Source: Laetmonice hystrix
Lineage: Eukaryota
Assembly (NCBI GenBank): GCA_965235115.1
Contig: OZ249436.1
Location: 20,276,001-20,340,000 of the forward strand
Direction: 5' to 3'
Length of the DNA stretch: 64,000 nucleotides
Positions 13,784 to 25,368 of the stretch are shown piece by piece. The position numbers were made by a program, and so were the translations under genes. How positions within the stretch are numbered: position 1 is the first letter of the stretch; every line of letters begins with the position of its first letter. The notes beneath the pieces are model-generated. The model was not told the DNA's origin. It made no database searches and worked only from the letters and a program-made list of their open reading frames with translations.

Positions 13784-14455
13784 AGGTTCCATAAATGCGA
13801 CACGGCTCTACGGCGTACGGCGTACGGCAAACATCGAAATGGTTAAAGCTGTGAACACATGTAGCGTTTTTGCGGCAACGGCAACGATAATGCGGCAATG
13901 CGGCAGCGGCCAAAAAATCGCCAAAATGAAATCCAGTGAATGTGTATACATGCGTACGGTAACGGCAATACGACTATCCGACTATCTGCCAGGCAAAAAC
14001 GCTACATGTGTTCACAGCTTTAATTAAAATAGAACAGATTCCATAAGTACGCAACCGGCGTCGGGCGTCGGGCGCACGGAAAGTAAATCGCTTCATGCGA
14101 TTTTTCTCCGATGCCGGACATTTGCCGGAAAGGGAATCTCCAATTACGACGTAGAGATTAGAGTCTTTTACGCCTTTTGCTGCATGTCAACTCAGTGAGA
14201 CATGCAGAGGCTATCACGATGCCGAAAGAACATTTCTTTGGCACTAAATATCTGCTGAGAAAACTGGTAAGCTGCACATGGTTTTATTGACCCTATACTA
14301 TAACTTCTAGGTCTATAGTATATACAATGTATGTGACGGTTAAAAGCTCCTTTTCAAACCTCATTATACGCCCCATAGGGTCTCTAGTCTCCACTGCTGC
14401 AAAACAACTGTGCTGCAAAAGAACGTCAAAAATGTGAACCGCATTTATGGAATCT
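13784..14455. mobile_element. Non-autonomous TIR element hosting a nested MITE
   Basis: aggttccataaatgcg (13784-13799) and cgcatttatggaatct (14440-14455) form a 15/16 inverted match. No clear TSD. Confidence 0.45.
13847..14019. mobile_element. Palindromic MITE
   Basis: TIRs agctgtgaacacatgtagcgtttttgc / gcaaaaacgctacatgtgttcacagct, with TTAA on both flanks. Confidence 0.85.
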
Positions 14456-14489
14456 TGTAATATGTGTGAGTCGTAACGCCTTTATGGAC

Positions 14490-14779
14490 AGGAAAAAGTC
14501 ATGGAAAATGAAAATTGGTTTTCCAGGCCTGGAAAAGTAATTGGAAATGGAAATCCCACGGAAAGTCATGAAAAAAGTCATGAAATTTGAGATTTCTCTT
14601 GAACCATATTTTTGTTTCCGTTAGGCCTAAATTGTAAAGTATTATGACGTACTTAGGGACAATTCTGGTATTTTATTGTACGTATTTTGTTAATTTGATC
14701 TGGAATTGGTCATGAAAGTTAGGAGTTTTGGCCTGGAACAGTCATGAAATTTAAAAAAAGCCAACCTGTGTGAACCCTG
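14490..14779. mobile_element. One end of a DNA-transposon-derived element
   Basis: Repeated aaagtcatg(g)aa subterminal motifs ending in gtgtgaaccctg. The partner end was not seen. Confidence 0.45.
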
Positions 14780-16770
14780 ATGGAATCTTAGCTTTACTAT
14801 GCCTTGCAATGTGTTGGCAGCTGTAACACAGACAAGACCATGCACTTGGGAAAACATGGACCTACCTGGTTGCGCGTTTCTTCCTTGTTCATATGCATTC
14901 GATATGCCGGCAATAAATAATGACCAAAATCCTGCTGTTTACTTTATAATACGGTTCAATTCTCTTTTACCTTGGGTGACTTTCCAAGTCTTGGCCTTCA
15001 GTTAAAATACAACCCCGGCACTTCTTGGTTCGTAAGAGGTGATGACTGGAGCGGGGGATGGTGTGGCGACTACGAGATTAAGCGTCGTTTTGCAGAATCT
15101 TTTACGTAGCACGGATAGGTTTCTCTTATATACTAGCCCTTGCCCTTGATTAAAGTGTTTGGTGTCGGAGCGATAAAAGACGTCTCCCTCTTAGCGGGAT
15201 GGAGATAACCTTACAGTCAAACCGCTCCCGTTTCGTCAAGACTATCTCGATTTTCCTTGAACATCCCGAATCCCTACGCAACCTCGGTGGGGATAGAAAG
15301 AAATTCCGCGATCTCGAAGATCTGCTCCCACGAGCAACAAGCCCGGAAAGATATTTTTGTTCAAATTTTCATAATACGTCCAGTATCATGTGAAATGGTC
15401 ATCCATAATTTACCGAGTCTCTTTGACAGAAATATTCGTCTGAGAGTGCTGGAAATTGTGCTTCAGGGCCTCCAGATTTCAAAGATTCCCCCTACAATTT
15501 AAATTCCGATTTGAGTAGGTCCATAGTTTGGACACTCTGTCTTTGCTGGCTGGTTTCTTTCACGGAAAATTTAAAGTCCTGTTGCCGACCGTCTCCGATG
15601 GATAATTGACGCCGACTGGCCATCGGGTGCGACGTCTTGCTATAGTTGTAAGAGGCCAGCGACTTCAGCGACCTGAATCGGCGACGTTGCGCTTGACAGT
15701 CGGCGACAGGACGACAAACCACCAGATCACTCATCCACTCATTAATGATGCCAGCAGTCATTTGAAGTCAGCACTGAAGCAATTAAGATGTCGAGAACAC
15801 TTCTGAGGTTTAGATCGCGTTACTTCAAAGACACAGTCATTTACCGTTTCTCGTGCGCTGTGCAATTGCCTTTAGAAAGGGAATGACCTGGCACCGGAAC
15901 AATCACGCGATTTCTACCTGTTGGGGCCCACACTTTGTTGCTAACTTCGCCCCACCGGGAGACATGAGTGATTATGCGGTAGACTATCTATTTTGTCCTA
16001 CTTTGTGTTTAAATTGGTTTGTTCGGCCAGGGCCGTATTTAAAGGGAATTTAACCGAGGCGAGCGCCTAAGGCGCGAGCCGTTGATGCTGCGGGGGGGGG
16101 GCTCCCCCAGACTTTTGGGGTTCTTTTTTGTGTATGGAAACTTAGCCGAGGCTTTTAGCCGAGGCCTGCCGAGGCTGCCTCAATGCAGTTTACGGTTCTG
16201 TCTGCACACGTGACCGTGCAAAGAAAAACTGATATCGTATTCTTTATATAATTATAAAAAAAACCCTTTAGCACAAACACTATGCAATACTTAGAGAAAT
16301 CGTCACATTGCAGTAATCAAATTAGACCGGCTAGTTTATTTCCAGTATAGACTTTATTCCTAACCCAAAGTGACAGCTGCCTAAGTATTTCGAGTAGGGC
16401 AGACGGCTCTTACTAAATGTTATCTATCTTACTGAAGACGGAACACTTGGTGGTCCTGCCGGGGATACTCTATCGTCGGCCATGTAACTAAGTGCGGTGT
16501 TCCTTACATTCCTATGTCGACCTACGTCAGCCTCCCTGCAGTGTGAGACAACCATCCATAGGCATATCCCGCTCTAATTTACTGATGGTGGACGACTGAG
16601 TTCTCAGTCCGCAGTACCAAGTGTCCAAGTCTGCAGGTGGAAGTGATGATGTGGGTGTTTACGCTATGTAGTCCAAGAAACAGGTGGATAATATTATATA
16701 GCGGGTTTAACCGTTAAACAAGTCAATAAGGGCCAGCATTCGGGCGTCCGCCGTGGGGGTGGGGTGGGTA

Positions 16771-16890
16771 TTTGGGGTTTTACGCCTTGCAACAGCCAGG
16801 GTCATATCACGGCGGTGAAGATGAGATGAAAGTCAGTTTTTCTTGGTGGAGGAAACCGGAGTACCCGGAGGAAACCACCGACCTTCGGGA
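16771..16890 (-). mobile_element. V-domain-like SINE fragment
   Basis: ggaggaaaccggagtacccggaggaaacc is the reverse complement of the V-SINE core motif as I recall it (ggtttcctccgggtactccggtttcctcc). Confidence 0.6.
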
Positions 16891-18198
16891 AGGAACTCCG
16901 CCGTGGGGTAAACTGAAGGGGGTTATATCGGTGTGAAGGTCAAGATGTAACTACTTCCGGGTATGTGCCAGTAAAAGATGAAAGTGGGTGGTGTTTCCAC
17001 CTGGGGCTATTCAAGGATTAGACAGAGTCGTTTGTCACTGTCGGTCACTCGATATCGACGCTGGACATAATAATAATCATACAGTATGAGAGGGAGCAGA
17101 TATATTTCAGCAGCGACAGCAGCATATGAAGAATCATTATTGGCACACGGTAAGAAATAGAACGGCCATGGACACTTTGATTACATCCATCAGAAAGCAT
17201 TCAGCCTCATACAGGCATATCGCGGGGTAATATACATGTACCTCTAGAAACACGGAGATCCGTGAAGCACAACAAAATGCCCTTGGATATTTATAAAAAG
17301 TAAAAACTATCACAAAGGGTGGTTTCACAATTGAACTAATCAGTGCAAAAGAAAGGCACAATCAATACAGATATCATTCTGTGATAGCTCTATAGGAACA
17401 CATTGCATACAACATGCCGTGCCTTCAGAATCCAGGAGAGTCGCAAAACGCTATGAAAGGTTACAGAATTTTAGAGGCTAAACGGTAAACGTATCGTAAT
17501 GTTCCCCAGCTCACGTGCAGGGTTTTTTTTAAGGGGGGGGGGGGGCAAAGTCCCACCTTAGGAGTGCCGAAGGCGTGCGTCAATATTAACGTATAACAAC
17601 GTGTACCCCTAACGTTTTTTTATTTTATGCACTTTCCCTGTCTTGATTGGTCAGTTCCCTCTCACGTGATCACGGATAAAAACTATAATATTGCACGGAA
17701 AAAGTAATATTGACCAGTCAATATGACTTTTTCACTTTCCTCGAGTTGGGGGATTCATTGTGACATTGGGCTTCTCTTTATCGCTGGAAGGGAAAAACGC
17801 CAAATGTCACCTGTCTATCATGTTCCATGCCGATGACAAAGTTATTTGTATGTGTCTATAGGCCTACATATAATAAAGTATCCCTGTCAATCTACATTAC
17901 TTTCGCTAAGTCTTCGCGCAGTTCATTTGAGATTACATTTGCGAAGTGCCGACATCGCCTCTTCTTTGTAAATGATTGCCATCTCGCCAAACTAGCCAGC
18001 GGCCATTTGTTATGTCTTCCGCCATGGTGCGCATGCCCGAGAGAACCGGAACCAGTTCTCGATGCAAACAAGCATGTAAACAAATGCCTTCAGCTTGTAT
18101 CCCAGGCGTGTCTCCTCATTTTTGAACACTTCATTCACGTTTTCCATTGTAAGGATATCGTAATTTGTTGGAGAGCTTTCACGATTGTTTACGTTGTA

Positions 18199-18413
18199 CA
18201 GCATGTCCCCAAAAAACTTTAGGTGTGCAATACACTTAGATATTTTAGAGTATTGTCGAATTTTGAATTTTGAAGTTGAAGTTGAACATAAAGTTTGATC
18301 CCCCTAGATAACTCTCGGCAAGTTTAGTGTTGACAGGGTCACGCATTACTGATCACAACCAGTATCTCTTTTTGACAATGGAACACAGACTATCATTTTT
18401 TGGGGACATACTG
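18199..18413. mobile_element. Tc1/mariner-type MITE
   Basis: TA|cagcatgtccccaaaaaa ... ttttttggggacatactg|TA. Confidence 0.75.
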
Positions 18414-19753
18414 TATACCCAGCCATGTGCCTTTGCCGACTCTGCTTCCGGTTCTGTTTGGACATGCGCACCGCAGAAAATATGGCCGCGAACTGCCGCC
18501 GCGATTCGAATGTGATTGATTTCATATGGACAACGGGTCGTAATATATTACAGAAGATGCGACACCTCTCAAAAAAGTGCGAAGACATCGCACACAAACA
18601 CACAACGGGACGAGGCTCCTTTACGGCGCGAAGTATGGAACGAGATGCCTGGCGCATGGATATGGCATGACACCGAAGGTGGAGTGCCGTATTCATGTGC
18701 CATGCAAACACAATGTAGGACAAAATAGATACATCCATGTGCCATGCTTTGCGTCGTGCAATATCAGTTGCCATCGTGCCATAAATTTTCATATTGCACT
18801 CAACCAAGTTCCATATTTGTGTAATAACGCTAAATGTCACTGAACGCACGAAGTTTTTACCCGAGGGAGGGCCTTTTTTTGTATGTCTGGAGCTGCATGC
18901 CAACCCGAGACAGATTGGAACGACGAACATGGCCCTTGCCGTAGATTCGATGCAGACAGTGATATGGACGACGCAGAGTGTCCAAATTCGGTTTGTCAAT
19001 GCTAGGTTTTCCGAGACGAACCGGGCTTGGTAATGCCCGCCCCCCCCCCCCTCCCCCAAATAAAAAAGGCGGCCGGAACACGTGGGCGCCATCCGTACCA
19101 CCATCTAATATGGTTATACCGCTAATCGTCGGTTGTCATGACGATTTTGTACAACGAGAGTTCCGCATAAAAGATACTCGACTCCATGATGGGCCACATG
19201 TATGGGTGGGTATCATTACTGTCACCAAATACCACATCAAATATCATTTAACATAGGATTTGGTGAATATATAAATGGTAGACACTTTAGGCCCCCTACT
19301 GACTACTATACGCCCTCTATTAAGCGTTAATGAGCAGTAATGATTAGGCCTATGTAATTTATTAAATCACATCACCGGATTCATGTCAGGGTATGTCACA
19401 TAATAATGTTTGATGATTAACAAAGCTGTGAGAATGTTGTATTGTTGTATTGTGTGTCATGGCGTCAGATCCCCGACGTCTGACACACTCCGTCAGTGTC
19501 GGAACCATCCATTCACACATCGACACCCGACCGCTGCACAAACCATTTTTCTCACTCCATCGTCGACAAGCCTTCTTCAAATTTTCCCTTTGTTCTGCCA
19601 TCTACTATTAGAGCCTAAAGTTGTCGTTTAGCCATGGGCAAACGTTGCGGGGGAAGGAGATTTATCTGATTGGTTGGAAATCTACTAACGATTTATGAAT
19701 TGGTCGACGATGGAGGAATTTTGCAGATGAAAGGCTGACAATCCGTGGAAGAT

Positions 19754-20508
19754 ATTTGTCGATGATTTGGTATAATCATTAGTTTATACCACGGGAAATC
19801 ATTTGTCGATGATTTGGTATAATCATTAGTTTATACCACGGTAAGTCATTTGTCGATGATATGGTATAATCATTAGTTTATACCACGGTAAATCATTTGT
19901 CGATGATTTGGTATAATCATTAGTTTATACCACGGTAAATCATTTGTCGATGATTTGGTATAATCATTAGTTTATACCACGGTAAATCATTTGTCGATGA
20001 GTTGGTATAATCATTAGTTTATACCACTTGAAATCATTTGTCGATGATTTGGTATAATCATTAGTTTATACCACGGGAAATCATTTGTCGATGATTTGGT
20101 ATAATCATTAGTTTATACCACGGTAAATCATTTGTCGATGATTTGGTATAATCATTAGTTTATACCACAATAAATCATTTGTCGATGATTTGGTATAATC
20201 ATTAGTTTATACCACGTTAAATCATTTGTCGATGATTTGGTATAATCATTAGTTTATACCACGGTAAATCATTTGTCGATGATTTGGTATAATCATTAGT
20301 TTATACCACGGTAAATCATTTGTCGATGATTTGGTATAATCATTAGTTTATACCACGGTAAATCATTTGTCGATGATTTGGTATAATCATTAGTTTATAC
20401 CACGGTAAATCATTTGTCGATGATTTGGTATAATCATTAGTTTATACCACGGTAAATCATTTGTCGATGATTTGGTATAATCATTAGTTTATACCACGGT
20501 AAATCATT
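19754..20508. repeat. 47-bp minisatellite with two internal hairpins, ~16 copies
   Basis: Unit aaatcatttgtcgatgatttggtataatcattagtttataccacggt. Confidence 0.97.
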
Positions 20509-21900
20509 CCAATTGTATCCACGGGGTTAGCTTGGTTCCCGCCTCCCGTGTAGGTGGCGCTAGGCGCACACGAGGCGACCACGGGGTTCCCTTACTTTAA
20601 ATATTTAATGTGACAGGTCCCACCCAAGGTTGCCTAAACGTGTACTCGTGGTACCTCCAAAAAGGCATTTTGTTCCTTAATTATACGTTTAAAGCGAAGC
20701 GTGACCTCTATCTGACCACCGCATGGTTGTTGAAAAACATGGGTAGAATTTTCTCGCCTTTTGGTTAAAAATCACGTCCGGCATATTTTAGGCTCTAGAT
20801 CTACATTGATTGCAAAGCGCCGCCATCTTCTTCTCGTTCTAAAATTGGGGGGGGGGGGGGGGCTCCAGGTGAGAGATGTACATTTTTATCTCTATTGCAA
20901 CGTTTTTATAGCGCAATTAAAGTTGAGATGTACAGTTGGGATGTACAAGTACCTTTGTAGCCGACTATATAGGCCTAATGAGCGGAGACATGAGATGGAT
21001 GATTATGAAACCTTTTCTTTCCGTTTTCTTGTAGAAGTCTGTAAAACGTATTCACTCATTACCTCACATGATTGTACGCATTGAAATATAATGGTAAAGA
21101 AATCCCATACTGCACCAATGTGCTATAACATGATACTTTGCAAATGTAGGCTAAATGAAGAAAATGATACTCTCCAGTGATGAAAGACGATTAAGATAGC
21201 TTGCTCCCACATTTATAGACCGCCATTGACAGAATATTTACCAATGAAAAGATACGTCGTGCTCTGAAGAGCCTATCTCTGACGTCATAGCTGTTTGTGC
21301 CCTTTAGATGGCGGAATATTTGTTTGTTGTGCTTGTTTTCAGATCAACGTCATATAGAAGTAGACCCACTTTATACCATAGACCGCTAGGGGGCAGCTAG
21401 CTAGAGTGGGGAAACTAATGGGGCACTTTATTGCGAAATAGGTGCCCAGCATACTAGTATTTTGATCACACGTTCGATGGTACAAGGCGTTTAAAAAGAA
21501 AGCTGGACACAAGCTGCTCATTACAGCACAGCTAATAGTTTTGCTGTAATTGCACTCCGTTATACCGGTTCCTTTTGTGAAAAAAACTCTATGATAACAA
21601 AGATGTAGGGGGATGAAATACTAGATTGAGAATCTACCACGTGTATTAGTACGAACTCATGCACGGGTACACAGCGCTTGCCGAGTAGAAATATTTTCTG
21701 ACACATTGTGCAGGCCTATTTGGTATAAAAACCCATGTACAATACAGCGATGGTCCTTGCGACGGCCGTGCGATTTTTTATTTAATGGTGAAATTTCGGT
21801 GACAAAGGCGGTATGTCGGCGAGCAACCGGAATATTGGTAGCTATTCTGAGCCGGAGCCAAGATTTGGCAACAGAGGGAGGGGGGGGGGGGGGCTATAGA

Positions 21901-22041
21901 CAAGATTTCCAGGATTTTGCAATGGGTGGGGGTTTGATGTATGTAAAACCTCTTAGGTGCGTCATAGACACACTGCAAAATGATAACCTTGGAGTCAGGG
22001 GGGGGGGCTTAAGCCCCCCCCCCCATCTGGATCCGCCACTG
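21901..22041 (-). mobile_element. hAT-like MITE
   Basis: Ends in gatccgccactg. Flanked by gctataga (21893-21900) and gctatagt (22042-22049), an 8-bp TSD with one mismatch. Confidence 0.6.
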
Positions 22042-22744
22042 GCTATAGTATTTCTGTGTGAACACGCTATGTTCCCTGAGTTAGGTCACGCTAGCCCTCT
22101 CGTGTGACCGCATGGGATACATATCGCTAGCATACAGGTGTTCTAGGAGTTGCTGGGGGGGAGGGTCCCTGTCGATGTGTCTGAGCGCCAGCGACCCCAA
22201 GCGAGCGGGCGGGAAGCCCACTAACGCGAGTTGATACCTTATGCTATGCGAATGGGTGCAGTAATCTTGGGGCCGGGCTTTCAATTCCAGTAGAAAACTA
22301 TACAACTTTTCCCTTTCCGGACATTCTCAAAGTAACTGGGTTACGCCTTATGTCCCTGCATTTGAAAAGAAAATACAATCGTGCGTGCGTCCTCTTTGCG
22401 TCTCAAGTTGAGCATAATGAGCATATTTTTACAAATCAAATTTTTAACTAAATTGATTCGTAAATGTTGTGTTATTACACATAAGGTTGATTTGATGTAT
22501 GTATATTTTGCCACTTTTGTGTAAGGGACTATATGTTGAACAAGTCACTTCAGGACTTGGACTCGCGTATTAATTTTCACCCACTGCTGGAGTGAGTTGG
22601 ACTGTGGCAAGGAGTTTGGTTGGAGGACAATAGAACTTCCGGCAAAGGACTGGTTTTAGAAATCGGGAATCCCTCAATTATTTCTGCTCGAAAGTAACTT
22701 CGGGGGAATTCAGCACCATTTTGGGCATTGCGTCGGGGGTACAT

Positions 22745-25095
22745 TCAGTCTCGATCATCCAGACCCTCAGCGGCCCGAGCAGAGGGTCTGGACCACGCTC
22801 ACATTCGCGCCCATTTGCTGAAATGAACGCTCATAGATCCTGCACGGGACTCTGGGCAAACCGCAGGGTGTAACGAGGACTCCGGGGCGAACTAGTTTCA
22901 CCGCAGTACATGGAAGACATGGCTTCCCGCATGACACCAGTCAAACCGGCGGCGGTTAAGCTCAAGACAGTCAACCAGCGTAAGTTTAATTCAAGTCCTG
23001 TTCAACAACATCAGCGATCTTGCCGACCGGCACGCACTACTTTGTATCCACGGTGTAGTAATTGACGAGTGTGACGAGTGAGGTGGCGCGGATGCTCCTA
23101 ATCGGGCCGTGAGTGATATGTAATCTGTGAGAGTGCTTTCCCCGCACGAACGAAGATTGCCGAAGATTGCCGAAAGGACTCGAGTGTGAGAATGGGTCTG
23201 GACAAGTTCCTATCTCTGAGTTGTTCGTTTCGTTGAGCCCATAAGCGGCCCGTTTACAAGGTTCCAGTTTCCGGTTTGCTCGCAGCTGATTGGTCCATAC
23301 CGAAAATCTATCAAGAGCCGGAGCATTCGGGGGAGGGGGGGGGGAGTCGCATGCACCGACCGAGCGTGCGAATATCAAGCCGGACTCGGGCGGGGCGTGA
23401 ACAGGCGATCCCGTCGGCCCTGCAGCCGTGTTCATGCGTCGGACAGGATATAGCCATTCACTCGTTTGTTAACAATTTTACACCCGTCTGAGACTGGGTT
23501 ATTAAAAAACATGCTCCTAGCTTTAGAACATAAATGAGCTTTTGTGGGTGGTAAGTTTCATAACGATTCCTAGCGCAGTATATAGTTGATTGTCGGCTGT
23601 CTGACACTGACAGCGACTCGGGCCCGGGTGTGTGGTCTGTGCAGTTCTTGCCGCGACTCGGCGCGAGTCGCCGGGACAGCCGTCTCTCGCCTAGCTTCCA
23701 CCGCCAACCTCCGAGCCCTCCCTTCACATGTTTTGACTCAAGCTGGACATTAAATAAGATACTGACATCTCATGACACTGTTTAATCTTAGTTATAATAC
23801 TAGAACAATTTTATTCAGGCAAACTGACCAAAAGAAACACCGCTCTGTCTGAGACCGCTTACGACATGGAGCACACAAACTTGCCCAGACTCTCGCACAG
23901 CAAGAGAGTCGGGTGACCGAGACTGAGGTACATTGAGCTGCTGGGACTATGGCGGCCATGGCAGTGCTTGCGGTATTTGGTCTGCACATGTTAGCAACTG
24001 AAATATAGTACTCTTCCCAAAGCCAGTGGGGAATACTGCGATAGTATCATGTTCACGATACAAGTAGCTCAGTGTCTCTACTTGCTGTAGTTCTAATTCG
24101 AACATCAAACCGAGCGATTCTATAGGATAAACAATTGCATGTATGACGTTATTGTCGCCGTGACACATGCAGTGCTTCCCATAATTTGATAAATCACCTT
24201 ATTACGCCAAATTAGGTGATTACTTTTTCCATTTCAAACGTTTTCCTTCGTAATAGAAATTTATATTTGCAAATAACGACGTCAAAGGAGCATGATTCAA
24301 ACATGAACTACTACCTGGCTCGATTGGATATGACGGTTCACACACTCTCGTCATGTATCTCGACGCCAATGGCGTTCAAATCACCTGAGGGTATTTTCGA
24401 ATAACAGGAAGTGACGGCAATGGCTAGGTCGGCACCACTGGCCCGGATGTAGACAACAACAAACTCGCGCGGTGCCGCCGTGCCGAAAATAGAGAACACC
24501 CATGTGACGGACTTTACAGAGTTAGAATATCTGGTTTTCCTCCCAGGTGAAGAAGCTCTAGACTATTTTGTCTCCACGGTAGAAAATTCGAGAAGGATAG
24601 AGCAGTATGTTGAGAAATTAGATTTGAACTAGGCCTATGTGCCTGTGCGTAGGGGGAAATTCGACTATTTACTGCCCCTCTGTTCATGCGGGATGCCGCG
24701 TCACTAGGGTTTGCGCAAATCCTGGGGAAATGGCCGCGTCATACATTCGACTCTCTGAGGCCGCGTTTCAATATCAAAAGATATCTTTGCCAAAGATGTC
24801 TCTGGACTAGTGCAGTCTGCATGGGGAGAGAGCGAGTGTTTCAATAAAAACCTCGCACCTGGCTCCAGAAAGAAATCGTTGGGCTTTATTGAAATGCACC
24901 TGTTCGCCTGCGGATAGAGATCTATGACCTAGGAACAGCCAATCAGAAGCAACGATGAAAACTTTTTGGAGAAATACGGAGGATACGAAACTACCTTCGA
25001 CGTTTGCGTCCATGTTTCCGATGGGCCAATCACGGCGATCTCTTCAATTAGACTTCGTCAGCCTACGTAGTCAATAGAGCTGGGGACCATAGGCG
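22745..25095. mobile_element. Cluster of Academ-like transposon relics
   Basis: agtctcg...ccagaccctc..gagggtctgg hairpin terminus near 22745 and gctggggacca(t)aggc end near 25090. Segments recur at 57865-58165. Contains the RecQ-like fragment. Boundaries are uncertain. Confidence 0.45.
23990..24110 (-). pseudogene. RecQ-like SF2 helicase N-terminal fragment (Q motif and motif I)
   Basis: FELELQQVETLSYLYREHDTIAVFPTGFGKSTIFQLL matches the RecQ pattern L..Q..A......D..A.LPTG.GKSL.YQL. No downstream helicase motifs follow. Confidence 0.75.
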
Positions 25096-25279
25096 TTATA
25101 GCGGGTCAGCGAAAGATCGGTAGAGAGACAATAATCCAGGCCATCCTATCTGAACACACCATTGCATAATTAGTTCAAAAGTAAGATATTGTCAATCGAT
25201 GAATACAGCATTTAAGTAATGCTAATTAAGGGCTCTTGATTACAACATCGGTACATACTGTCTATATATCTATATATAC

Positions 25280-25368
25280 TGTGATATGAACTAACCTTGG
25301 TGTGTGATATGAATTAGCCTTGGTGTGTGATACGAATTAACCTTGGTGTGTGATACGAATTAACCTTG
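25280..25368. repeat. 23-bp tandem repeat, ~4 copies
   Basis: tgtgata(c/t)gaattaaccttggtg. Confidence 0.85.

Noticed and set aside
17892..18204. Possible tyrosine recombinase remnant (LVCIENWFRFS; ELREDLAKVM)
   Set aside because: The apparent catalytic-Arg segment lies in a non-coding inverted repeat, and the ORF's ATG lies in a MITE TIR.
18346..19104. 252-aa ORF, the longest outside the satellites
   Set aside because: It crosses a homopolymer run, an inverted repeat and a MITE TIR, and has no recognisable motif.
19754..20508. CRISPR-like array of palindromic repeats
   Set aside because: No unique spacers, no cas genes and a eukaryotic context. The same applies to the other arrays.
13544..22041. 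8.5-kb composite hAT transposon between inverted cagtggcggatc ends
   Set aside because: The outer flanks (ccacccct and gctatagt) do not match, and the right copy has its own 8-bp TSD.
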